This document shows positions 45,683 through 55,561 of a stretch of 61,879 nt of DNA, piece by piece. The stretch comes from a virus (Duplodnaviria > Caudoviricetes). The first letter of the stretch is position 1. Each line of letters begins with the position of its first letter. The notes under the pieces were generated by a model. That model did no database searches and was not told the origin of the DNA. It was given only the letters and a program-made list of their open reading frames with translations. The position numbers and the translations under genes were made by a program. Location: positions 1 through 61,879 of the IMG/VR virus record IMGVR_UViG_3300020044_003173, one strand, 5' to 3'.

Positions 45683-46108
45683 ATGATATCCAGTCGAAGC
45701 CTAGATGACCTCCACCCCACGGTAAAGCTGAAGGCCCTAGGGCACATAGCAGCCTGCAACAATGCGGGGATCAGCCTGCTAATTACTTGCACATACCGGG
45801 ATGCTGCGGAGCAGGCTAGGCTCTATGCCCAAGGGCGCACGACTCCCGGCGCTAAAGTGACCAACGCCAAACCCGGACAATCGTTCCATAATTACCGTCT
45901 CGCCTATGATGTAGTCCTCATGCAGTTCGGTAAGCCTGTGTGGAAGACCTCGGGTGAGGCTGCGAAACTCTGGGAAAAGGTGGGTGTGCTAGGTGAGGCC
46001 CAAGGGCTTGAGTGGGCTGGCCGGTGGAAGACGTTCAAGGAGTTCCCCCACTTTCAGTGGTCCGGGGGTAAGACCCTGGCTGAGTTGCAGGCAGGTGTGC
46101 TAGTCTAG
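45683..46108 (+). CDS. Endolysin, M15 family L-Ala-D-Glu peptidase
   Basis: TYRD..EQARLYAQGR, SFHNYRLAYD, EFPHFQ. Confidence 0.9.
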   Translation: MISSRSLDDLHPTVKLKALGHIAACNNAGISLLITCTYRDAAEQARLYAQGRTTPGAKVTNAKPGQSFHNYRLAYDVVLMQFGKPVWKTSGEAAKLWEKVGVLGEAQGLEWAGRWKTFKEFPHFQWSGGKTLAELQAGVLV

Positions 46109-46132
46109 GCTTCTAACCTAAGGAACAACACT

Positions 46133-46324
46133 ATGGTTGACGTTAAGAGCATCTTGGCTTCCAAGGCTATCTGGGGCTCGGTTATCGCCCTTGCTTCGGC
46201 TATCGCCCCTACGGTTCTTCCGCTTGTGGGGATTCAGCCGGGCGAGCTTGCTTCCATTACCGGCGCGCTCGGGGCTATCCTGGCTATTTATGGCCGCCTC
46301 ACGGCGACTAAGCGCCTCGTATGA
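46133..46324 (+). CDS. Small 2-TM holin-like protein
   Basis: SKAIWG...LAIYGR. Confidence 0.65.
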   Translation: MVDVKSILASKAIWGSVIALASAIAPTVLPLVGIQPGELASITGALGAILAIYGRLTATKRLV

Positions 46325-46539
46325 TTGCGATCCTTATCAAGGTAGCGATGTGGTTGCTGGGTAGGTTTATTACGCCTCCGGCTTCCACATCGCCGCTTGC
46401 TCAGGATATTCAGGAGAAGGTGGATGAGGTTCAAATCCAAGCCGCCGCTGCGGGTGATGCTATTGCTAGGGCTGTCGATACTGACGACAAGCTGCGCACT
46501 TACACCGCCACAGACCCGAATAACCGAGACAATAACTAA
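46321..46539 (+). CDS. Putative i-spanin (Rz-like)
   Basis: N-terminal TM + helical periplasmic part. Confidence 0.55.
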   Translation: MIAILIKVAMWLLGRFITPPASTSPLAQDIQEKVDEVQIQAAAAGDAIARAVDTDDKLRTYTATDPNNRDNN

Positions 46540-46654
46540 GTCCGACTGTGTAAACTGGAAAACTCTCAGTTATTCTGCTAAGTCAGATAGCGTAGAGACG
46601 GTGCGGCAAATTGTCGAGCAGAACGCCCGGCGGGCATCGGTGTGCGGGGGGTAA
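46457..46654 (+). CDS. Putative o-spanin lipoprotein (Rz1-like)
   Basis: MLLLGLSILTTSC lipobox; overlaps the i-spanin in another frame. Confidence 0.65.
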   Translation: MLLLGLSILTTSCALTPPQTRITETITKSDCVNWKTLSYSAKSDSVETVRQIVEQNARRASVCGG

Positions 46655-46657
46655 CAT

Positions 46658-46951
46658 ATGTTTGGTTTTACCCCGCTTGCTTCACGCCCCTTCGGGTACT
46701 TCCCCGCAGTTGTGTACGTGTCAAGCGTCAGCGCCGCATCCGATGTTGGTACGGTAACGGTATCTGCGAACGCCTCTAATATTACCCCCACAGGGGTCTC
46801 CGCCGCCACCTCCCTCGGTACCGTGGTTGTGCGCCTCCCTGCTGTTTTCTCCGTTACTGGTGTACAAGGGGTGGGGTCCGTGGGCACATCGCTTGTCTGG
46901 GGTACCATTGATAAGAACCAAACACCCGGTTGGGTGGTAGTCCCGACGTAG
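46658..46951 (+). CDS. Hypothetical virion protein
   Basis: MFGFTPLASRPF; VTGV repeats. Confidence 0.6.
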   Translation: MFGFTPLASRPFGYFPAVVYVSSVSAASDVGTVTVSANASNITPTGVSAATSLGTVVVRLPAVFSVTGVQGVGSVGTSLVWGTIDKNQTPGWVVVPT

Positions 46952-46960
46952 GAAGAGAAG

Positions 46961-48091
46961 ATGGCAAGCACCTACAGCACCCTCAAGATTCAGCTTATGG
47001 CGACAGGTGAGAACCTGTCCACTTGGGGCACCGTCACCAATACGAACCTCGGTACGGCGATTGAGGAGGCTATCGTCGGCTCTGCTGACGTGACGTTCTC
47101 CAGCGGGACCGTCACCCTGTCTCTGTCGAACACCAACGCTACCCAGTCTGCGCGCAACCTGCGCCTTAATCTGACGGGTACAAGCGGCGGGGCACAGAAC
47201 CTTATCGTCCCTGCCATCGAAAAGGTCTACATCGTCAACAACGGCTGCGCCGACCCCATCACGGTCAAGAACGCCACGGGTACCGGGATTGCGGTCCCCG
47301 CCGGTAAGACGACCTACCTCTACAACAACGGCACTAATGTCGTTGACGCCATCACGCACCTTACGTCCCTGACTCTTGCATCTCCGCTTGGCGCGGCTTC
47401 GGGGGGCATGGGGCTCACGTCATATAACTCCGGTGGTGCGGTCTACGCCACGTCCACGTCGGCCCTTACGACTGGTACTCTCCCCGTGGCTTCCGGCGGC
47501 ACCGGAGCCGTTTCGCTTACGGCTAACAACGTCATCTTGGGTAACGGCACGAGCGCCGTGCAGGTGGTGGCTCCAGGCACCAGCGGTAATGTTCTCGCGA
47601 GTAATGGCACCACTTGGGCTTCTAGGGCTCCCTTCTCAGTGGCTCCGGATGTGATTATAAACGCTAGTACCATGACTGCGCTTGGGTTTCGCGAGACTAT
47701 CTATACCTGCCTACTCGATACCATTGTGCGGAACGTAAATAGTCTCGCGAGCCTCTCTTCGTATGTAGTTACCCTCCCCGCAGGTACTTACATGATGTGG
47801 GGTAGTTCAGGCTTTGCGTTTAGGGCTAATAATTTTACTTGCGATGGATACGTAAGGATTCGGAACACTACTGACTCCAGTAACGTAACTACTGGTATAA
47901 CTGTGAGCGGGGCTAGCGATGGTGGTAACTCCGGTATCGCAGCAGTCGTCGCTTTCGGGGGTCCTGGGGTTGTGACTATTGATGGGAGTAAGAATTTTGA
48001 ACTCCAATTAGTCTTGAGTGGTGACTGGGAAATCCCCCGGAGCCAAGGACAAGGTATCTACGCCCAACTATTCATTAGCCGTTTGGCCTAA
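46961..48091 (+). CDS. Tail fiber protein
   Basis: MASTYS..LMATGEN..WG..TNTN; GTLPVASGGTG; variable C-terminus. Confidence 0.7.
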   Translation: MASTYSTLKIQLMATGENLSTWGTVTNTNLGTAIEEAIVGSADVTFSSGTVTLSLSNTNATQSARNLRLNLTGTSGGAQNLIVPAIEKVYIVNNGCADPITVKNATGTGIAVPAGKTTYLYNNGTNVVDAITHLTSLTLASPLGAASGGMGLTSYNSGGAVYATSTSALTTGTLPVASGGTGAVSLTANNVILGNGTSAVQVVAPGTSGNVLASNGTTWASRAPFSVAPDVIINASTMTALGFRETIYTCLLDTIVRNVNSLASLSSYVVTLPAGTYMMWGSSGFAFRANNFTCDGYVRIRNTTDSSNVTTGITVSGASDGGNSGIAAVVAFGGPGVVTIDGSKNFELQLVLSGDWEIPRSQGQGIYAQLFISRLA

Positions 48092-48103
48092 CAGGGCTCT
48101 GAA

Positions 48104-50014
48104 ATGGCCTTCATCAAGCTCCAGTTCAAACCCGGTGTGAACCGAGACCAGACTAACTATTCTGGTGAGGGTGGCTGGTGGGCCTGTGACAAAATCCGTT
48201 TCCGCTCTGGTTTCCCTGAGAAGCTCGGCGGCTGGGTTAAATCTACCCCGGATGCTTTCCGGGGGGTCTGCCGCCAGATGTGGAATTGGATAACGACTTT
48301 TTCTGATAACTTCCTGGCTATGGGGACCAACAGTAAGCTATATATCGAGGTGGGTGGCGCGTTCTACGACATTACCCCCCTACGGACAGACGACCCCGTT
48401 CTAACATCCACCGATACAGACAATTGTATTTTCACAACTCTTAGCTCAACCACCGTTACCGCTACGCTCGGTGTAGCTCACGCGGCTGCTACAGGGGACT
48501 TCGTTACTTTTGAGGGGGCGTCTTCCGTGGGGGGTATCCCCGCCGCTGAAATTAACGCCAATCACGAGATCACAGTTACCGGGGTCTACTCCTTCACCTT
48601 CACCGTCACTACGGCTGCTACCTCTACGGTAGCTGGAGGTGGGGGGACTAATATCGACATCTCGTTCGAAATCCCTATCGGGTACCCAATCGGCACCTAC
48701 GGCTATGGGTGGGGGACTGGCACCTGGGGGCGTGAGACCTGGGGTCTTGGTTCGGTGCAACCCGTGCTGTTCGAGCAGCGCGACTGGTGGGCGGATAACT
48801 TCGACAATGATCTCGTGGCTAATATTCGCAACGGTCCGGTCTACTGGTGGGCACGAGGGACCACGACGGACCCGAGTACGGCGCTTGCCGCGCGGGCGAT
48901 AACCCTACAGGACTATGCCACGGCTCAGGGCGACGACCCCGACGCGGTCCCCGCGCAGGTCATGCAGATTCTAGTTTCCCAACAGGATAAACACCTGCTT
49001 GCCTTTGGCGCGGTGCCTTTCGGGAGCACTGACGTAGCCGACTTCGACCCCATGCTTGTCCGCTGGGCGGACCAAGACACGCCTACACAATGGGTGCCTG
49101 AGGTTACGAACTCAGCTGGGTTTATCCGGTTGTCTCGTGGGTCTAGGATCGTGCGGGCTATATCTACCCGGCAGGAAATTCTCGTCTGGACTGATACGAC
49201 CCTCTACACCCTCCAGTTCCTAGGCACTACCGATGTGTTTGGCGTGCAGGAATACGCGGATAATATCTCGGTTATGTCGCCCCGGTCTGCGACTACGGCG
49301 GCGGGTGTTACGTACTGGATGGGGCAGGATAAGTTCTATGCCTACACAGGGCGAGTAGAGACGCTACCCTGTACCCTACGAAACCACGTCTTTAACAACA
49401 TTAACCTGAGCCAAGCCCCGCAGATTGTTTGTGGGACTAATGAGCAATGGAATGAGATTTGGTGGTTCTACCCAACTGAGGACTCCGAGTACAACAATGC
49501 CTATGTGATCTACAATCACCTAGAGAACATCTGGTATTATGGGAGCATCGAGCGCACGGCTTGGTTGGATACTCCGCTTAGGCACTACCCTCAGGCGGCC
49601 AATGGCGACGACGCTGGAGTTGCCGGATATCTCTATAATCACGAGGCGGCCATTAACGACGATGGCTCCGCTATGGCGGCTTACATCCAGTCCAATGACT
49701 TCGACCTAGGCGACGGTGAGCAGTTCATGCTCTCTCGGCGGGTTATTCCTGACGTGGGCTTTAGCGGTTCGACGGCTACGGACCCTGAGATCACACTTGA
49801 GCTTAGGCATAGGGACTTCCCTGGTAACGCGTTGGATACCGAGGATGATGATAGTAGGCTCATTATTCAGACGGCGGTGGACCAGTACACTGATCAAGTC
49901 TTCATCCGCGCCCGTGCGCGTCAGATGGCGTTAAAGCTCAGTTCCGTAGACCTCGATGTACAGTGGCAGGTGGGTTCTCCGAGACTCGATGTCAGGGTAG
50001 ATGGCAAGAGGTAG
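48104..50014 (+). CDS. Tail tubular B / nozzle (P22 gp10-like) protein
   Basis: 636-aa beta-rich protein; KIRFRSGFPEKLGGW, EIWWFYP, DGKR end; precedes the ejection genes. Confidence 0.7.
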   Translation: MAFIKLQFKPGVNRDQTNYSGEGGWWACDKIRFRSGFPEKLGGWVKSTPDAFRGVCRQMWNWITTFSDNFLAMGTNSKLYIEVGGAFYDITPLRTDDPVLTSTDTDNCIFTTLSSTTVTATLGVAHAAATGDFVTFEGASSVGGIPAAEINANHEITVTGVYSFTFTVTTAATSTVAGGGGTNIDISFEIPIGYPIGTYGYGWGTGTWGRETWGLGSVQPVLFEQRDWWADNFDNDLVANIRNGPVYWWARGTTTDPSTALAARAITLQDYATAQGDDPDAVPAQVMQILVSQQDKHLLAFGAVPFGSTDVADFDPMLVRWADQDTPTQWVPEVTNSAGFIRLSRGSRIVRAISTRQEILVWTDTTLYTLQFLGTTDVFGVQEYADNISVMSPRSATTAAGVTYWMGQDKFYAYTGRVETLPCTLRNHVFNNINLSQAPQIVCGTNEQWNEIWWFYPTEDSEYNNAYVIYNHLENIWYYGSIERTAWLDTPLRHYPQAANGDDAGVAGYLYNHEAAINDDGSAMAAYIQSNDFDLGDGEQFMLSRRVIPDVGFSGSTATDPEITLELRHRDFPGNALDTEDDDSRLIIQTAVDQYTDQVFIRARARQMALKLSSVDLDVQWQVGSPRLDVRVDGKR

Positions 50015-50017
50015 GTT

Positions 50018-50485
50018 ATGGCGCTAGAAAAGTTCCGTCTCTCCCCACTCCCTAGTCCGCCCGTCCAGTACGACACGCGGTATTTCCGGCAGTTTATCCG
50101 TATCTTAGAGTTATATTTCTCCCAGCTTGACTCCAATACCCCGAACTACGCGCAGACCTACCGTGCGGATAAGTTCTACGGAGGGGTTGTCCTTAGTGCT
50201 CCTCGTACGGTGACTGCCGCGTATTCTGTAGCCGCCGGGGACACAGAAATCTTCGTAGACGCCTCCGTCGCCCCGGTTACAGTCACGCTACCTGCCGCCG
50301 CTGATAATGCTGGGCGTACCCTCACGGTGAAGAAGATCGACGCTTCGGCTAACGCCGTGACCTTGGATGGGACCGGCGCTGAGACTATAGACGGGGCCGC
50401 TACTAAATCCTTGGCTACGCAGTACTATGCGCTTACGGTTACATGTAACGGTACAACGTGGTGGATCACGGGTAAAGTGACGTAG
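50018..50485 (+). CDS. Hypothetical virion protein
   Basis: LPSPP..YD; TVTLPAA, ETIDG. Confidence 0.65.
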   Translation: MALEKFRLSPLPSPPVQYDTRYFRQFIRILELYFSQLDSNTPNYAQTYRADKFYGGVVLSAPRTVTAAYSVAAGDTEIFVDASVAPVTVTLPAAADNAGRTLTVKKIDASANAVTLDGTGAETIDGAATKSLATQYYALTVTCNGTTWWITGKVT

Positions 50486-50517
50486 TAGAGTTGTTGGTTT
50501 TCTGATAGGGTCCTACC

Positions 50518-51891
50518 ATGCAACAAGCCCTCGCACCTACGGCACAACATCTCCAGTCCTACGGGCGTGGCGAGGACTCGGTTCTCGTCCACATGACCCC
50601 CCACGAGGTCAGTGGGTTGCAGCAGCTTGCTATGGCGCATGGCGGGTCCCTCACTATTAACCCGCACACGGGCCTGCCGGAAGCTGGGTTCCTGAGCAAA
50701 ATTCTACCTATGGTCCTTGGTGTGGGCCTTAACTTCTTGGTCCCTGGCCTTGGGGTTGCGATTGGTAGCGCGCTTGGGGGTATTGGTGGCGCGGCGGGTA
50801 CGGCGCTCGCTGTAGGTGCAGGTTACACGGCGGCTACTGGTAGCCTTAAAGAAGGGCTCATGGCCGGGCTCGGTGCCTACGGCGGGGCTTCGCTTGGTGG
50901 GGCTCTTGGGTTGGGCGGAGCGAGTACTGCCGCCGCTGCGCCTACGGCGCTTGCGTCTCAAGCTGCTGGTGTGGGGGCTGCTCCGGGTATCGCTGCGGCT
51001 ACGCAGGCTCCTGTAACTCTAAATGCGGTAAACGCACTTTCTACAGCAGGTAAGATTATCCCGAACGCCGTTGGTGGGGGCGGCATGGGGCTCGCTCCGG
51101 GGCTTAGTTCGGTTATCCCAGCGGCCACACTTCCTACTAGCCTCGGTGCTGCGCCTTCGCTCGCTGGCCCCCTCGCTACCGCTCCCGCTCGGGCGGGACT
51201 AGCTGGCGCGTTCGATAAGTTCGGAGCCGCCGCCGCTATTAAGGGCGTGCCCCAGAGGCTCACCACGGGACTTGCAGGTTACGGACTTATGAGTGCTCTT
51301 ACCCCTCAACCGGCTAAGGCTGCTACTCCCACTACCGACGAGTACAAGTTCAACTACCAAGGGCCTTATCTCCCTACGCCTCGCACTGTGCGTACCCCCC
51401 CTGCGGATCGCTCGCCTACTGACTCCTCGGAGTTCCAGTGGTTCGACAACGTAAACCCGTACCCTGCGGTCTATTCATCTAGGGGGATGGACACCAGTAC
51501 GGGAGTTAACCTCCCGCACCTAGCGGCTGGCGGGGACGTGAACCTTAAGAATGGGTCTTTCGTCGTTGATGCTCGCACCGTCTCCGAGATCGGGAACGGA
51601 AGCAGCCGGGCTGGGCAGGAAGCCCTCGCTCGGCATGGGGGGCAACCCATTATGGGCCCCGGCGACGGGACCAGCGACTCGATCTCGGCGTCAATCGGTG
51701 GGCGACAGGCCGCGCGCGTAGCGCGGGACGAAGTAAAGTTCAACCCCGAAGCGGTCCGGCGCATCGGTAAAGGTAGCGCGCAACGCGGGGCTAAGAAGCT
51801 CTATGCCCTGATGGACCGCGCGGCTCAAGCTCGTAAGCAAGCTGACCGTGGTGAAGACACTAAGCTGCGGGGGCTGGCTGCTATTCGATGA
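50518..51891 (+). CDS. Putative internal virion / ejection protein
   Basis: GRGEDSVLVHM, TINPHTGLPEA, Gly/Ala hydrophobic stretch, GPGDGTSDSI. Confidence 0.65.
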   Translation: MQQALAPTAQHLQSYGRGEDSVLVHMTPHEVSGLQQLAMAHGGSLTINPHTGLPEAGFLSKILPMVLGVGLNFLVPGLGVAIGSALGGIGGAAGTALAVGAGYTAATGSLKEGLMAGLGAYGGASLGGALGLGGASTAAAAPTALASQAAGVGAAPGIAAATQAPVTLNAVNALSTAGKIIPNAVGGGGMGLAPGLSSVIPAATLPTSLGAAPSLAGPLATAPARAGLAGAFDKFGAAAAIKGVPQRLTTGLAGYGLMSALTPQPAKAATPTTDEYKFNYQGPYLPTPRTVRTPPADRSPTDSSEFQWFDNVNPYPAVYSSRGMDTSTGVNLPHLAAGGDVNLKNGSFVVDARTVSEIGNGSSRAGQEALARHGGQPIMGPGDGTSDSISASIGGRQAARVARDEVKFNPEAVRRIGKGSAQRGAKKLYALMDRAAQARKQADRGEDTKLRGLAAIR

Positions 51892-52313
51892 GGGTTACGC
51901 TTGTCCCTGCGGAGTATGTTCTAACGGAGTGGCCCCGGATTCAGGGGTTTATGACTGAAGTTACCAAATATACTCACGGGCAGTACGAGCCTGGGGATAT
52001 ACTGGACTTAGTTTTAGATTATGGTTGTTCTCTCTGGATTGCGTACGAAGGCGATACGGTCAAGGGGGCCGTAGTAACCCAGATAAACGACTACCCACGT
52101 AAGCGGGTGCTCTGCGTTATATTTCTTGGGGGTGTTGATTTCCCCACTTGGAAGGACCCCATGCTAGCAACTTTGCGTGCATGGGCTATAGATAATAAGT
52201 GCGATGCTCTACAGGCTGATGGAAGGTCCGGGTGGGAGCGAGTATTTAGTGCTGATGGTGTGAAGACGGTCTGGCGCACGTTCGAAGTGCCTATCTTGGA
52301 ACTAGGAGCTTAA
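51888..52313 (+). CDS. GNAT-like protein in the ejection module
   Basis: LWIAY, GAVVT..YP.K..L, GRSGWER. Confidence 0.55.
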   Translation: MRVTLVPAEYVLTEWPRIQGFMTEVTKYTHGQYEPGDILDLVLDYGCSLWIAYEGDTVKGAVVTQINDYPRKRVLCVIFLGGVDFPTWKDPMLATLRAWAIDNKCDALQADGRSGWERVFSADGVKTVWRTFEVPILELGA

Positions 52314-52314
52314 G

Positions 52315-53592
52315 ATGGGTGGTAGCAGCAGTCCGACTCCCCAGGTCCAGACGGTAAACACCACGACCAATAACATCCCTTCGTACGTCGCTCCGTACTA
52401 CGAAGATATTATGCAGCGCGCCCAGGGGGCGGCGAACCAAAAGTACACCCCCTACGACGAGCAACGCATCGCTGATCCCACGGCTGCGCAAACCAAAGCG
52501 CAACAAGGGATTCTGGGTCTGGCTCCCTCCGCTCAGTGGGGTAACGCCAACCAGTATATGAACCAAGCGGGGATGGGTGCGCTCGCCGCTGCTACCGGCA
52601 ATCAAGTAAGTGGTCCGGATGGGTTTGAGCGGGTCACTGCTGAACGCCAAGAAGCACCCGTTATGTCTGCGGCGCAGACGGGTTATAATCCCCAGCTTGA
52701 CTCGTTTCAGCAGCAAGCCCCCGATATCTTTGGTACTGCTCAAGCCCAACAGTACATGTCCCCCTATGCGCAGAACGTCATGGACGTTCAAAAGCAGCAG
52801 GCTATTCGGGATGCTCAGAAATCCCAGCTTGTTGGGGACCTAGGCGCGGCTCGACAGGGGACTTACGGTGGCGCTCGCCAGCTTCTTGCGGGTACTGAGC
52901 GCGAGCGTGCTCTACAACTAAACTTAGGGAATATCCAGGCTACCGGCCAACAGGCGTCCTACGAGAGTGCACAAGCTCAGTTTGAGCGTGACCGGGCGGC
53001 TGGCCTTGGTGTGGGGTCTCAGAACCAGCAGGCTTCGCTGGCTACTCAACAACTTGGTACTCAGACTGGGCTCCAGACGGCCCTTGCTAATCTGTCTTCC
53101 GACCAGCAGTCGCGGGTGCAGAACCAAGCCTCGATCCTGCAAACCCAAGGGCTCAACGCGACCCTCGCTCTCCAAGCTGCGCTAGCTAATCAACAAGCTG
53201 GTATGGAAGTGAGCAAAATGAAGATGACGGCTCAGCAAGCTAACCAGCAAAATTCTATGCAAGGCTACCAGCTTGCGGGTCAAATCGGCCAAGGGCTCGG
53301 CGGTCTCGCGGCTCAGCAGCAGACTTCTAACCTTGGTCTGCTCAATGCCCAATACGGGGTGGGTTCGCAACAGCAACAGCAGACCCAAGCGCAGCTTGAC
53401 CAGCAGTACGCCGACTTCCTGCGCCAACAGAACTACCCGCAAGAGCAGCTTAGCTATTATAATAGTATCGTGCATGGGCTTCCGTACACGCCGAACTCGA
53501 CTGTAACGAGCTACGCTCCTGCTCCGTCCTTCGCCTCGCAGATCGGTGGTGCTGGACTTACCGCGCTTAGCGCGGCTAAACTTCTAGCGTAA
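52315..53592 (+). CDS. Putative DNA ejection (pilot) protein
   Basis: MGGSSS, YMSPY, YGGARQ, Gln/Ala-rich. Confidence 0.65.
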   Translation: MGGSSSPTPQVQTVNTTTNNIPSYVAPYYEDIMQRAQGAANQKYTPYDEQRIADPTAAQTKAQQGILGLAPSAQWGNANQYMNQAGMGALAAATGNQVSGPDGFERVTAERQEAPVMSAAQTGYNPQLDSFQQQAPDIFGTAQAQQYMSPYAQNVMDVQKQQAIRDAQKSQLVGDLGAARQGTYGGARQLLAGTERERALQLNLGNIQATGQQASYESAQAQFERDRAAGLGVGSQNQQASLATQQLGTQTGLQTALANLSSDQQSRVQNQASILQTQGLNATLALQAALANQQAGMEVSKMKMTAQQANQQNSMQGYQLAGQIGQGLGGLAAQQQTSNLGLLNAQYGVGSQQQQQTQAQLDQQYADFLRQQNYPQEQLSYYNSIVHGLPYTPNSTVTSYAPAPSFASQIGGAGLTALSAAKLLA

Positions 53593-53601
53593 GAGGGGAT
53601 C

Positions 53602-55560
53602 ATGGAAGCTAAACCATTCCACTTGCAGTCCCCTGAGGGTATCGCCAAGGAGTACGCTGGTAACAAGCAGCGCATTGCCCAAGCGATGCAGTCTGGGCTC
53701 CTTGACCCGACCTCGGCTCTCATGGCGGGGATGTTCATCGACCGGATGCGCTCGGCTCAGTTTCAGGAGCAAGGAGCCCCCCCAACGGTCGCTCAACAGG
53801 TCTTCTCTCCTGCACAGAGCGCGCCTCAACCGGGGCTAGGTATGCCCGGTGCGCCACAGGCGACCCCCCAAATGGCCCCTCAACAGGCTCCGCCCCCTCA
53901 AATGGGTATGGCCGAAGGGGGTTTGGCTGGCCTTCCCGTCCCGGATAACATGTACGATGCGCCCTCTACCGATGCTCAACAGTTCGGCGGTGGTGGGGTT
54001 GTGGCTTTTGCCGATGGTGGAGGCACTTCCACCCGAGAGATGCTAGCGGATATCCGTGCACGTAAGCGCGTGGCGCGTACGACTAAGGAATATAACGAGC
54101 TAGCTGCGGACGAACATAACCTCCTTCTTCAGATGGGGCGGATTAAACCTCGTGATGTCGAAGCGGAAGCTAGGCTCGCGCAGCTTCGTGAGCTAGGGGC
54201 TGAACAAGAGCAAGCTCGTAATGAGGGGTTTGCTAATCTTGAGCGAGACGCTAGGACGCGCGCCTCGACCCGCATGGGGGAGATACGAGATGCGTTAACT
54301 CCCGATGCTAAACCTAGGTCTGAAGGTATCATCCCCGATACTGTGCGAGGTATAGGGTCTGTTGTCGGTGGTATTGCCAAAAACTGGGGTGAGATGTTTG
54401 ATGCGGGCGGCCTGGGACAAGCGCAGTCGGTGACTGCTGCCGGGCCTGCATTGTACCGTAATCCAGGGGATAAACCTATTGACCCCCGTTTCTATGCTTC
54501 TCCAGAAGCTTGGAAGACGCAACCCACCGCTCCCGCCGCTCCCACCGCTCCGGCCGTCCCTGGTACTCCTCCCGCAGGTGCTCCTGCACCTGCGCACTCC
54601 GCCGCGTATCTAGCGGCTAAAGGTGTTACTCCCAGTACGGCTCCTCGTGGTCCCGGTGGCGGCGGTCGCGCCCCCGCCGTTTCTGCTGCGCCTGCTGCTC
54701 CGGCTCTTCCTACCGTGCAAGACCTTGTTGGCACTTCTCCCGGTGGAAGCGCTCCCGGTGCCGTCGATACGTCTGGGTTCCTTGACGCCTATAAGAACTC
54801 GGTCGGCACGCCGCCTACGGCTAAGACTTCTCGTCAAGACGCTCTCGATGCGTACTACGAGAAGCAAATGTCCCCGGAGGCTATGGCGAAGCAGAAGAAA
54901 GAGGATATGTGGACTGCCCTGGCTCAGATGGGTCTGGGTATGATGAGTACAAAATCCCCTAACTTCCTGCAATCGGTTGGTGAGGCTGGGGCTGCGGCTC
55001 TTCCCGGGCTACGCGAGGCGGTCAAGGATCGTAAGGCGCGCGAGGCTGCTGGCCTCCAAGCTCTTGCTCAGAGCGAGACTTCCCGCTCGGCTGCTGAACT
55101 CCAGCGGTGGGGCCTCACGGCTGACCGCGCCGATAAGCTCGCGACCTTCATGCAGACTGAGCGTGGGCAGCAGATGGATGCGGACCTTAGGAGGCAGGGA
55201 TTCAGTGTCCAGGCTCGCATCGCGAAAATGAGCGCCGAGGCGGATAAGTACAGGGCTGACTTGAGTTACAGGGCGGCTCAAGAACAAAACGCTACTTCTA
55301 TTAGGGCTGCGCAGATCAGTGCTAGCGCCCGGGGTGAAAGTGATAACAGTACCGCAAAGATGAAGGAATATAATTTCTACAGTCAGCTAACCCCGGATCA
55401 GCGGAAAACATATAGGGAAGTGGCACAAGCTGGTGCCCCGGCACCATTTGACCCCAGGGACCCTGACGACCCTAGATATAAAAGCAACCCAGGAACTCCA
55501 GCAGAACAGCTTGCAAAAGCCAGACGACTAACAACCGTACTAACGCCACCGGGTAGATAA
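53602..55560 (+). CDS. Putative ejection protein
   Basis: 652 aa, Pro/Ala-rich; position in the module. Confidence 0.6.
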   Translation: MEAKPFHLQSPEGIAKEYAGNKQRIAQAMQSGLLDPTSALMAGMFIDRMRSAQFQEQGAPPTVAQQVFSPAQSAPQPGLGMPGAPQATPQMAPQQAPPPQMGMAEGGLAGLPVPDNMYDAPSTDAQQFGGGGVVAFADGGGTSTREMLADIRARKRVARTTKEYNELAADEHNLLLQMGRIKPRDVEAEARLAQLRELGAEQEQARNEGFANLERDARTRASTRMGEIRDALTPDAKPRSEGIIPDTVRGIGSVVGGIAKNWGEMFDAGGLGQAQSVTAAGPALYRNPGDKPIDPRFYASPEAWKTQPTAPAAPTAPAVPGTPPAGAPAPAHSAAYLAAKGVTPSTAPRGPGGGGRAPAVSAAPAAPALPTVQDLVGTSPGGSAPGAVDTSGFLDAYKNSVGTPPTAKTSRQDALDAYYEKQMSPEAMAKQKKEDMWTALAQMGLGMMSTKSPNFLQSVGEAGAAALPGLREAVKDRKAREAAGLQALAQSETSRSAAELQRWGLTADRADKLATFMQTERGQQMDADLRRQGFSVQARIAKMSAEADKYRADLSYRAAQEQNATSIRAAQISASARGESDNSTAKMKEYNFYSQLTPDQRKTYREVAQAGAPAPFDPRDPDDPRYKSNPGTPAEQLAKARRLTTVLTPPGR

Positions 55561-55561
55561 T

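Noticed and set aside
50479-50490. GACGTAGTAGAG shared with the 37851 RNA candidate
   Set aside because: A single 12-bp match without the pairing partners; compatible with chance
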